DNA from: Atractiella rhizophila
Lineage: Eukaryota
Assembly: GCA_021432655.1 (NCBI GenBank)
Contig: MU271212.1
Location: 62,001 to 126,000 of the forward strand
Direction of reading: 5' to 3'
Length of the DNA: 64,000 bases
In this document: positions 38,499 to 50,467 of the stretch, in pieces
How the letters are laid out: every line of letters starts with the position of its first letter
Numbering within the stretch: position 1 is the first letter of the stretch
The notes under the pieces: model-generated
The model's database searches: none
What the model was told of the DNA's origin: nothing
What the model saw: only the letters and a program-made list of their open reading frames with translations
Program-made: the position numbers and the translations under genes

Positions 38499-38643
38499 AG
38501 AAGGCAATGGAGGAAGGGATTCCCCCCTTTATGTCTCTCCCGGATTCCCACATTAGTTACGTTGTCGGTGTTGTATAACGAATAGGCTCAGTGTTGTCCA
38601 TTAACCACCGGAGTGACATCTACTCTGTATTATACCCTACAAA

Positions 38644-39900
38644 TCATGCCAAAACCTGTACATTATCATGTATCAGTTTTATATCCCAGAAGATGACAAG
38701 AAAAGACATACAGCGAGCAGAACAACCGCAATAACGATGATGAAAATGATGAGGAGGCAAAGCATCCGCCTCCCCGCCTTCTTCTGGTATTCGTGAGCTT
38801 GATCCAATTCTTCGACGGCACCACTGGTGTCTTGCTCGACGGAGTAAACGTTTGACTCAATGTTATCTACATGACGATAAGCACTCCTAATATTATCACT
38901 GTGAGAAAGAATATACCAATCATGCTCTGCTGCTGATGCACCATCGTGCCTAAATCCCGGAAGATCTCGTTTACTTCGTGCACTTCAGATTCAATATGCC
39001 TCAGCGCTTCCTACATTCAAACACCTGTCGGTAAGGGTTAAAGAAAAGAAAGTGAGGGGACAAACCTCTCGTTCTTCAATCACTCGTTCTTGAAATTCGA
39101 TGTCAGCATCTGAGACTAAGTCCATCTGAATCTGGTGTTGTCTATTCGGCAGTATCTGATCAACATCCGCTTCGGCGCACATAGGAACAGACGTGAAACA
39201 TACACTTGCTCTTCCCTTGGTGATGAAGGTCTGCTACTTATTCGCCATAGTTTAGTGTCAAATTGTACCGTGACTTCAAGAAACTGAAAAACATACGATG
39301 AAGAGGAAGGAGGGATGGGAGAACTTGTTGTTCCTTCGAGCGCCGCACGACTCTCATCCACCTTCCTCCGCTGGAATTCGGCCGCACTTCTCTGCACCTT
39401 GTTAAACCGTCCGACAGCAGCCTGAAAGTCTTGAGCTGCCTTGTTCGCCTCTGGCCGCTACAAACAGAGGAAGTTGAGCTCTATTTTCTCTTCTTTCTGA
39501 AAGGGACGCACACTCGGATGGGTTGAGAGAGCCTTCACATCCGGTAAAGAAACCTTAATAACCTCTTTCGTGGCTTCGCTCAAGTCAGTTCTAACAAAAC
39601 AAATCAATGATCTTGCATAAGTTTCGAGTAATAGGCTCACAACCGAACGCGTAAGTCATCACCTCCCCTTGTCTTCATGAGCTCAAGCACCCGATTCAAG
39701 CCTGTAACATTGGCTTCGATCTTGTACGTCTGTATGGAAATACGGTCAAGCAAGGCCTTTGAACCACGAGAATCTAGACAAAATTAACCATCAGTTCTAT
39801 TATTCTTGCAGAAATAGGCAGAATTGCAAGAAGACAAACCAGCAGGTGCGACAGTAGCACGAGGCATGGGAGCCCCTCGTTCAAGGTCGGCAAAGGACAT
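38644..39900 (-). CDS. PEP12: Endosomal/vacuolar syntaxin (Qa-SNARE, Pep12/Vam3/Syntaxin-7 like)
   Basis: MSFADLERG start; Habc region DFQAAVGRFNKVQRSAAEFQR; SNARE motif FQERVIEERE..HEVNEIFRDLGTMVHQQQSMI/DNIESNV..EELDQAHEYQKK; C-terminal TM segment MLCLLIIFIIVIAVVLLA. Confidence 0.85.
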
Positions 39901-40950
39901 GACGTTGGGTGGGAATGCTGTTACAGTGCTCTCCGGGCCTTAAAAACGCTTGCGAGTTCGAGCGGTGTGATATTGAGGGGAGGCAGTTGTTGCTGTTGGT
40001 CGTTGACTCGTTGCGCAATTACTCCGCATGACCACGCGGGAAGTGCCCCTGCGCATCCCCGCGACAACGCGCGCACACCATATTCTGTACTATGTCCGAG
40101 ATCTTCTGGTTGTGTCCAGATGAATGAATTTAGGTAGCCTTTGGTCGCCGATGCGAGTTTGTCTCCGTTGCAATCAAAGCTCAACAACTAGGCCATTGCA
40201 TTGGATACTTGTTCAACTTGGCAAAAGTAATTACTTCAAACGAAGATTTTCTCGAAAAGTAGTGAGAAAGAGGCACACTCAACTTACAAAATAGAAACCA
40301 AAGGTCCAAAGAATTAGCAAGCTACACAAATTCGAAAGTGTAGACAAACTCAAAGTGTTGAAAATTCTAGGATAAACTCGAAACAACTGGAGTTCTCCTA
40401 AAGATGAGTCGTGGAATCTGATCCAGTCAGAGATTTGGTTTCATAGTTCTTGTTGTTGGGTGAGGTGAAGAATGTGTGTTTGACCTAGTAGCAGAGGCGA
40501 TGGGACATGGGTTGTGTGAAATATAATCGCTGCTTGTTGCAGAAGGAATGACGACAAAGACAAAAGTGTAAATCTGTCGCATCCGATACCGTCAGTGCTG
40601 CTGCAAAGTTTGAGCAAGGTAGAATAGAGGACTTACAAGACATATTGCTCCCGAAACCGAATCAATCGGGAGACAGAGAAGTAAAGAATGACAAACAAAT
40701 TCGCACCAATCAACTTAACAATCAACCACCCAAGTCCATAGCTTTCAAGTTGATGGGACGGTAACTCTGAGAAACGGATTCATCAACGTCCATTGCTACA
40801 ATCACAACCTCTCAACTGAAGCAAAGAGCAGGTATAAAGGGAAATGGTTTGTGGAACTTCTCGAAAGGATGATGAAAAAGAAAAGAGAAAGAAGGAAAGA
40901 AAAGAAAGAAGACTAATGGGACAAGATGTTACAGAGTCATTCGGATCCAA

Positions 40951-42854
40951 TCAAAAGAATCTATTATCTTGTCTTCCCTCAGTCGGGCTCTTCATCTTGC
41001 TCCTCCAACTTCCACTTCCCCGACCACCACCGCCAGGTGGGCTCGGCGTCCGCTTTCCACTCCCATTCCCGTTCCTCCTCCCACTTCCAGAAGCAGACGC
41101 GCTGGTAGGCGTGCTGACACCGCTTCCAGGCGACGGAGTCCTATTAATCTTGGGGGAAGGACTTCTAAGGTTCGCAGCCGCGTTTCGGTCCATATTCGTC
41201 GTCAGTTTCAATCCACCGCTCCCTCCAATCCTCTTTCCACCACCACGAGCCGCAAAATTTCTAAGAGGAAGGTCCTTATCTTCAGCTGGTCCTCTAGGCT
41301 GACGAATGACGATGACGGTGTTCGATGTATCCTGTTTATGAGATTGGAGGAGCATTGGCGCTCTCTTCTCCACCGGTTGAGGCTGAGGAGGGGAGGGCGG
41401 CTTAACAGGAGCTTGAGTGGTGGTAGGGAGGACTACCTGATGAGGATTGAAAGCAGGTGCGGTTGGGCTGAAAGCCGACGCGAACGGATTCATCATCATC
41501 GGCATATTAGGCTGCACAGGACTTCCGAGTCCGCCCAATCCTCCTCCCATCGCGTTTTGCTGAGCCATCATCGCGTTGAGGTTCAAGTTCAATCCCTGAG
41601 GTATCCCATTCCCCCAACTAGCCGGACGCTGTCTCGTTCCAGCGCCAGACAAGGCAGCAGTGAGGCCCTTGGCTCTATTTGGCCTAACGATCTCAGATTG
41701 CTCCTGCTCGTTCTCGACCTCATAAGTATCCCTATTCTGGAACTGGTCGCTCAAGCTCTCGAACGAGCTCGTGTTCGTCGTGCTCGCTCCAGACCGTACC
41801 TCCTCCCTCTTATCGGAGGAGATGCTTTCCTCTGAAGAACAGCCGGAAGAGTTCGATTCCTTCGAATGGGAGTGTCGATGAGCTGCCTTCCGATTTTGAG
41901 TGGGCGAGATCAAGTCGTCCACAGAAGTGGAAGCGGCTTTCGTTCGCACCGTGACCCTTGGGACCTGCTTCTTGATCGCTCCATCATCGGTTGGGACACT
42001 GGGGAAGTTGGCCATTCTTCGCCTGGTCGAGATAAGACCAGAGCGGGGGTAATGATCCCGTTGCTTGTCTGACTTCCCGATGACGAGAGGAAAGAGTTAG
42101 TCGAGGAGCTGCGTCGATGGTGTCCTGCTCTCAAAGGGTTGTTGGGACCTCCAGACTTTTGGGACTGTTGAACGAGGGGACCGAAGGAGGAGAACGACTG
42201 GAACTGATCGTCGTTCGCACCAGAGGAGATCGGCATCGTGTTCTGTCTTCCCTTTCTCGCAAGAGCGTGAGCAGCGAGGATGTGTCCAGCTTGGATTCCT
42301 CCGTCTCCTGGACGTGTGGAGAGGAAAGGAGGCAGACGAGAGCTGGTCGGAGAGCTGATTTGCTGCTGATCAGAGAACGAGCGGGAGTTGACGAATGCGG
42401 TTTGCGGGACCTGAGAGGGATATTGCTGTTGATGCTGTTGTTGGTCGGCAAGTCGGAGCATCATCAACTGCTGTTGTAAGTCCATATCCTCTTCTTGTTG
42501 CTGTCCAAATCCCCTCCCATACAACGACGGACTCTGTATCCCCAACCCGGAATCCGTAACACTTCGTTCCCTAGCGCCGCCGACAACCGGTCTCCCCATC
42601 CCCAACTGTTGCTGCTGATGCTGTTGATACTGCATCTGCTCGAAAGCTTGCTGGGCCTGGAACTGTTGAAGGAGGATTTGCTCCTGAAGCTTGAGGTTTT
42701 GGATCCGCATTTGGTTGAGCAGGTTCACGTCCATCATTTGCTGAGGAACTTGTTGTTGCTGAGCGAAATTCCCAAAGGTGGCAGTTTGGGGTCCTTGGCG
42801 GGAGGAGGATGTTCGAAGGGAGGAGAGAAAGTTAGAACGATCCAGGTCTGACAT
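40951..42854 (-). CDS. Q/S/P-rich low-complexity hypothetical protein, with a 1-nt frameshift near 41988 in this copy
   Basis: Overlapping 314-aa and 354-aa ORFs; the mirror copy has CAA CCG GAC GAT, which joins them (SQPDDGAIKK). Likely 5'UTR intron at ~42869-42964. Confidence 0.75.
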
Positions 42855-44334
42855 GGTGGCTTGGAGGACTGCGTCGGGCTGCGGGAAAAGCAGCAGTCAG
42901 GTGTCGTCTTGTGCAGCTCACGCCGGCCGGGGAACACAAAATGGGAGGGAGGAAAGAGACTCACGTTGAGATTCGTGGATGTAATTAGGAAGGGAATAAA
43001 GCTCTGAGGCTCAAGCCGTAGGTAGGTAGTGAGAGCGAAAGGTATAAAAAGACACGACTCTATCGGACCCTTTCGAACGACAATCGAGTTTCGGTCGGTC
43101 GGTTGATTGGTTAGATGAAAGAACGAAGTCGAAGAAACAGTTAGCCTCTACTGGCAGAGAGAGGTCGGCGAAAGGGAGGTAGTCCGGCTTGGGATAGTTT
43201 CTTGATTGGCTTGGCTTGATGCGAACCTCGTAGAGGCAGTCAGGTGGATGGTTGGTTGGCGACTTGAAAGTTGAAAAAGTGTAGTGCGGTGCGAGTGAGG
43301 CTGAAGTGCGTAGGATCACGAATAGCTTTTGTTCTTGAGACTTTGAACGAACAGAAAGAAAGAAGCGACACCTTTCCATCCCACGACGTACATCAACACC
43401 ATACCCTCTCCCAATATCAGAAGACACACCTTTTTTGAGATTTTTAATTTGTTTTAAGATATAAAATAACTCCCCCAAATCTCCAGCTCTCCTCAAGCCT
43501 GAAAAGCAGCGGCAACGCGAAATGGAAAAGGTTCGAAGTATATAAGATTTAGAAAGTACAGAAATCGAACGATAAGTAAGTAGAACCAGATAACTGAAAA
43601 GGGGGCTAGGGGGGGCTTGGGGAGGGTATTGAGGAGAAAAGGGATGGAGGACTGAAAGCGGAATCGCTCACTGCGGTCGTCCTTGGGTTGCCGCACGACT
43701 GTCTTACTTCCCCGGACTTCCGTGACAGTGGGAAAACGATGAACACGACGACCACCACCACCACGATTTCAGAGCACTCGGGCCCAAGGAACGCCATTTT
43801 GCATGTGGAATAGGTATTAATGAGGCATAATTAATGATGTAGTTTCATTGACTTGCTGTTTACCAAGTTTCTGACAGCTTGAATCAAGTGAGTGATTTCA
43901 GCGTGATTAATGCTGTTGCAATTCATTCTATTATGTCTTAATCTCTCTCGCTTTCGTCGTGCGCACATCGACTTCAGCGTGGAATCGATCATATTAAGCA
44001 GTTCGGGTTGGATCCTACGCCCTCCCAAACTCGTTTCACCCAGGATACTCTTTCACACTTTCGAGTTCTTCAGTGGAAAGAGAGTAATTTTCTAGCTTGC
44101 TTTCCGGCTTCTTTGCAACGGGACAGACACGACCCTCAAATTGTGTCTCGCGAGATTGTCGGAACTTCGCCAACTGAGCCTGTTTGACTTGCGTCCCTCT
44201 ACGTTGACTTGGAGAAATGTTGCTGCAGCACTGTGTCGCTGGGCGGTTGTGATCACGTATTCGCAACACACGATGAACATTGTACGCAGCGCAGTGGCCA
44301 TGGGGTTGCTTCTTGAAATGTTCTCAAGTCGTTG

Positions 44335-46803
44335 TCACTGTCTATTCTTGGTCAAGAGGACACCGTGGACGTGGAGGAGGAGCTTTGCACTGTGGTCATG
44401 GAGGACTTGTGGGCCCTGATTTCTAATATAAGCATTTATACGTTCTCTAACAACGCTCCAAAGCTGCGAGGGAAAATTAGGGTCCATTTGATTGAGAGAG
44501 TGCCGCAGTACACAACAAATGTCGAAACTAGATGTACAGATATACCTTGGTCCTTTGTCTACTGTCTGTTCCGAGGCTCTTAATACAGAAAAATCATCCG
44601 ACAACAACAGGTTAGGAAAGCACTTGAGAAAGCGTCTGATCGAAATCGACAAGGTTTGATACGCCAGGTTGGGGAGGTGATGGAGGACGGACGAGTTGGG
44701 AATAAGTGAGTTCGAAACCTTCCATCTGCGGACGAAGGAGTTCGGAATAGGTTTGTTCGAAGCCTTCAATCTGGGTGGACAGCTTTTGCTGTGCATCTCT
44801 CGCTGGTGACTGAGCCGCCTCCAAACCACCAATACCATCAGTCCAGTGGTGCTTTTTGAAAAGGTGGCGTGGAATATTTACCTGTAGCTTCTGAACTTCG
44901 TCTTCGACGTCAGACACGGCATCTGCAAGGTGCTTGCTGTACCAGCTCATGTGTTTCCACGATTGCAATATTCTGCCCGACCCCAACACATAAACTAGTC
45001 TCTAGGCGAAGGGTAAAGAGCAAGTGCATACCGCTTCAAATCCTCTTGATCCACAAAGCGATCGTTATTCCCTGACCTCATCCAACGGGCAAAATAACGG
45101 TATCCACCAGGAAGGTGTTGGAAGTGTTGAAAAAAGACGAGGTCTATGTCGAGCCTTCCACCATGCATCAGGCTCGTGTTCACCCTCTTATGTATCTGAA
45201 GCGCATGATGCATCCACGCCCACGCCCTCACGATCACGGTCTGACAATACCTTTCTCCCTGATCCCTGAGCTCTTTCAAATTGGCATTACGCGGGAATCG
45301 ACGGCTGGAGGTGCGGAGCATTTCGAAGACCATGAATGCTATTAGTTCTTCGTTCTGGAACATGATTCGAGAGAACCAGCGCGATTCTTCTCCATATGGA
45401 CCCGTGTAGAAGGCACAATCTTCTTGGTCATAGTCGGGCGATTCGATGGGTTTGAAGTTGCTGGAATAGAAGGAAGAGAAGTCGATGACGAGGTTGTAGA
45501 CCGCTGAACACATCTGTTCCACTTCTGCTTCTTTCATCCATTGTAATTTCACCTCTTCTCCTACCCAAAACGGATGAGCATTGTGTCACTGATCAGAAGT
45601 GTAAAGGAAGCTTACTGGCGGATGCGCAATATCGAAAGAGACACATTTGCGCCGCCCACATTCCTTCCCGATACGCCTCACTCTCCTTCGGCAGACGATC
45701 CTCATTAAAATAAAATGGATTGGTGAGTAACTGTAAAGGATACGAAACACCTTTCATGAACTTCTTAAACTTGCCCATCTCAACGGCTGGATAACCGCCG
45801 AAATCGACACAAAATTCGACATCAAAAGTGAATATATATTCAAACGAGTATGCCAGTTGTTTCTTATAATCCTCCTCAGCAGTCTCCCACAGAGCTTCGA
45901 GGCATTCTAGACCAAGACGGATGAGGGAGCGGGCCTGCGATCCGTTTAAGAAAGGCTTGGAGAGGCTGCCTATGAGACTGAGAAGGATCGCGAGGGCCTC
46001 TTTCGTCTTCAAACGTAATGGGGAGGCCGAAGAAAGAGCGTATGAAAGACACGCGCTCATTAATGCTCCTCTCGCTTCTTGCCTTCTCTGGCCATAAGAC
46101 CTCAAGTCTAGTAACGGGTCGTTGAAGGATCGATGAGGAATGGTAAGCGTGCCTTCCGTCCCTAAGATGTCCTTCATTCAAGTTCCTCATTATAGCGATG
46201 CTTTTGAAGAGAAATGAAGGGACGCACGGAGTGAGGAGAATGTGAAGCTGCACGCGCGATCAAATATTTGAACCACAAATCGACGTATGGAGAAATCTCT
46301 CGCTTGTCCAACTTGAGCTGATAGTATTCGATCCACGTAGACTGCGCTCCGTCGAGGCTGCTAATTGGTCCCGGCATTCGAATCACCAGTTCTTCCGTCA
46401 CGACTGCACACATGCAGTCAACTCTACCTCTGCAGTCTCTGGTCATTGCAACCTTAAAACTCACCAGTCAAAAGGTGCTGTCCCAACAAGAAGGCTCGCT
46501 GAACGTCTCCCAGCTTCGCGTCGAACCGTCTCGAACCGAAGCCTTGCATTACGTTTGAGTTTCTCGACCTCTTCTGGAAGGGTTCATGTTTCTTCTTCGT
46601 TGCCAATTTACGGGGCTTCACGACCTGCGACATTTCGCAACTGCGAGAACGCGTCAGCTCTCCATGTTTACATTCAGTGAGCGCAGGACTCACATCTCTC
46701 CTACTTCCTTACACCTCTGGCATGGTATTCTGGATGTCTGGTGCTCTGGCTTCCTGCAAGTGACGCGTAATCGGCGACAGCGTTGACAGGACTGCTGGCT
46801 CAT
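44335..46803 (-). CDS. Zn(II)2Cys6 binuclear-cluster transcription factor, multi-exon (3' end approximate)
   Basis: MSQQS-CQRC-RRLRVT-C-RKPEHQTSRIP-CQRC-KEVGEI/C, with the last Cys after a GTGAGT..GCAG intron; successive minus-strand exon ORFs run to ~44335. Confidence 0.75.
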
Positions 46804-47094
46804 CGTTGAAAGTTATGCTCCTCAATATGGGAGATGAAATCTGCTATTTTCAGTTGGAAGAAGAGGCATGACTGACTCCCTTCCCAAAAGCAATAGCCCG
46901 GAGAATGTGGTCGCATTGCTGCCTACTGATGACTCAACAAGAAAGCCAATTTTAGACTAAGGTTAAGCGGATCGTAGTGTGAAACTAGAACTCCAAAACA
47001 ACGAGAGAACGACGAATTTACACGAATCGGCCACTTCCCTCTATATCTTGACCTTACAGCGCACTAGTCTGCCTTCCAGAGCAGCAGCAGCAAG

Positions 47095-50000
47095 ATGGCG
47101 TCCATGCCAGCATACTCTCCCTTCGCACCGCCTACCATCCAGCAGCTGTCCAACATGGCCTTCATCAAGTTCGATCACAAAGTATCGCTCAAGGAATGGA
47201 TTAAGCAGGTCAATGTCTGGAGGAACCAGTCCGTATTCCCTCTGTTACTCGGTGCAGGCGTGGGTTTTGATGGAAGGACAAGGGCAACCGCGCAGAACGA
47301 CGACGGCGATATCGATGGAGCATTCGTCCTCCTTGTCAAAGTCGCAAAGTGCGTCCATTTGCACTCCTTCCATCTCCATCTGTCGTCGCTGAGCAATGCC
47401 GGGCAGAGTGACGATAGAAGACGCGCCCAAGCATCCAGGCTACTCCAAGCTCTCATCAGACCACAAGCGCGAATTGCAGGAAGTATGTCCCGCTCCCTCC
47501 TCGCTCACTCAAGCCTAGTTGACGGTCGTGTTACAGCTCGCCCAAACCGCGCTCACAGACTTGGCGGATATGAAGCCGGTCATCAAAGCGCGATACGATG
47601 CTTGGGCCGCCTCGCAGGGACACCAACCGCCAGCTCCGAACTCGGCTGGAACTCCTTACAGTTACCAGAATTCGAAGCTCGCTCCTTTCCCTTCTCCCAT
47701 CGGCGAAAATGCACAGCTGCGACCTGGAACTGCAGGTAGTGGAAGGACGACGCCTGAGTTGATCACTCGGGAGGAGATTCAGGGTATGCCGATGGGGATA
47801 CCGATCCAGTCGACCGTGGGGAAGAAAGAGAAGGAGAAAGATAAGGAGAAGAAGGGGTTTAGGAAATATTTTGGTGGGAAAGGAAAGGAGAAGGAGAAGG
47901 AGAAGAAAGATGGTGCTGGAAGCGATAGAGTTAGCGTGGATTCAAATGACAGTTGGGAGAACTTGAGGAGGGATAGTGACGATCGAAGGGCGTTTTATCC
48001 TCCAGCCAACCACGAAGAGTACATCAAGCTCAGCCTCGGCCAGCTTGACAATCTACACCCTAAACCCTCACAACAATCAGAGTGCGTTTCCTTTCATACT
48101 GTATGAGACATTATCAGCTAACTGGTGGCTGGCTCGCTCGCGCAGGCAAGTCATGCAGCGGAAGAATCCATCCGGCTCCTCACTCTCATCCCACTCCCAT
48201 TCTCACTCCATACCCTACGAGCCAACCTCCCAGCTCTCGCTACAAACCACATTCGCGGCCCCACCGTCCTCATTTTATTCTCCCTCCACACCATCATACC
48301 CCCGTCAACAAAATCCCCACTCGCCTGCTTTTGCACAACCCCTCAGTCCGAACTTTTTCAGTCCCACAGCCTCCACGCCTACGATGACGGGAATGGGACA
48401 AGGTTCATTTCGTCAGCAAGGACAGGGACAAGGGATGCCGTCTCCATTTCCTAATGATCAGTCAAGAAATCCGGAAGGGATAGAATATCACGTTTCCAAG
48501 CTGTCAATCAATCACGCGCACCGACCCTCGGTAGAGACTTTCTCTTCCCCCTCCCCAACCTCCTCTTCCAGTTCCCGCACCCCATTCTCCCCCCAGTCGC
48601 AGTCTCAACCACAACAACAACAGATGCATGGCCTCGTCCAACACCCATCACTCGAGGGTTTGGTTTCGCCTTCAACGCCGCGGACGAGGGATCCTCATCC
48701 GCCGCATTCCTCGGGACATGGATATCCCACACAAGCACACCGTAGTGGCTCCGGCGGCTCACCATCTACTAACAACGCGATGGTGAATGCGATAACGTAC
48801 AGTCCGTCGAACGCCAATCAACTCAACCAGTCGTACATCCAACAATCCCAGCAGCAACAACACTTTCCTCCTGCTCGAGCTCCCCCCACTGCTCCCGAAA
48901 GCATTGTGTACGCTCAACCGTCACAAAGAGCTCACGAACCGATAACTTATCCTCGTCCCTCTAACTCCCAACCTTCGCCCGTCACTCCTTCTCGTCAAAC
49001 CTCGGTTTCTTCTTCGTTGCATTCCAGACAGTCAATCCTCATGGCGCCGGAGGAACAAATGGCTTCACTTCAGCGTAGAATGTCTCGTCTGACCCCTTCG
49101 CATCAGGCCAAACAAGGCTATGCACCCCCATCATCGTCGCAGAGCAAGTTCCTCAACCGGATGTCGTCGGTAGACGAAGACATGGTATTCCCTCTAACCT
49201 ATCCGCGGACACCCATCGATCATCCAGAAGTTGACACCCCAACACAGTCCAAATTCTCGTATCCCGTCCCTCCTGCTCCTTTAGGACCAAGGGAGTTGAT
49301 GGAGCGGAGGAGCAGTACGCACAGTATGAACAGCGTACATTCTATCGTCTACACTCCCCCTTCACCCTCCGTCCTCTCCAGACGAGAACGACCGTTAAGT
49401 CAACCAATCAATTCTCCATCCCCTACTCCTGTCTCCGTTCGCGCCGGTCAGCGATTCATATACCCCGAAGTCCAGGAGGCACCTCCTCCTCAACAACAGC
49501 AGCCACCGCCACCGCAGGTTCAACCCCCTCCACGACCCCGGAAAGAACCCCTGTCCGTCGTTCACGCTGAAGAGGAATATGAGGATCCGTCTCGGCTAAA
49601 AGCGATGCGATTCCCGTCCCAAATCGTAGACACCTTTCTCTCTCTCTCGGACCGGAATACACGGATGGGAATCGAAACTCTGGGGTTGTTGCTTGGGAAA
49701 CAGGTCGGGAAGGAATACCTCATCTCTCATCTCCTGGTTCCGAAACAGTCGGGAACACCGGATACGTGTGCGATGGATGAGGATATGAGCGCGTTCGAGT
49801 ATGGGTGGGAGAAGGAGTTGAATCAGCTGGGTTGGATCCATACGCATCCTACTCAGGCGACTTTCATGAGTTCTGTAGATTTACACACACATATGAACTA
49901 TCAGGTTCGTCTTGTCCTTTTGCTTCCTCCTCCGCTTCTCAGATGTAAAATGGAGCCTGACGAACGCGATGTGTAGTCGACATTACGGGAAGCGATAGCC

Positions 50001-50289
50001 ATCGTGTGCGCTCCGACAAGTTCCCCAAGCTACGGTATATTCCGTCTCACAGATCCTCCCGGTTTGAAGATCATTCAAGACTGTCGGGAGGGACCTCAGT
50101 TTCATCCTCATGCTGAACTTCCAATCTACACCGTGAGTACTGCTCTCGCCCCATTGCCACCAATTTTTGAAGAAATGAACGTAGGACGCGGACGGCTACA
50201 ATGGACACGCAATCCCTTCTATCATGGAACTCCAAGTGTGCGATTTACGTTCTGGACAAGAGTTTTGTGTCCCACCAGCTCCTCACTGA
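47095..50289 (+). CDS. AMSH/STAMBP-like JAMM (MPN+) deubiquitinase
   Basis: C-terminal NTRMGIETLGLLLGK..LLVPKQSGTPDTC..LGWIHTHPTQATFMSSVDLHTH..EAIAIVCAP..YGIFRLTDPPG..FHPH; N-terminal MIT/USP8-like segment; long low-complexity linker. Confidence 0.9.
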
Positions 50290-50467
50290 TGGGTTAAAGC
50301 GAGATGTAAAATGAGAAGGGAAACTTGGTTTAATGAGTTCATTGTGGGTGCCGTTCGGATTGCAAGAATGTTTGTAATGAAATCAAGGTCATGCATGTGT
50401 ATTAATACTGGAATACAAATGGCACCAATACCAAAAACTAAAAGGCAGTCCACTCTAGTAGCAAGTA

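Larger units (their letters stand above)
31019..43178. repeat. Tandem segmental duplication, copy B (contains a nested extra copy at ~35316-37096)
   Basis: Repeats the GPI-gene 5' end, MRPL51, the M20 peptidase and the hypothetical gene in the same order as copy A, then matches the mirror block. Confidence 0.95.
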
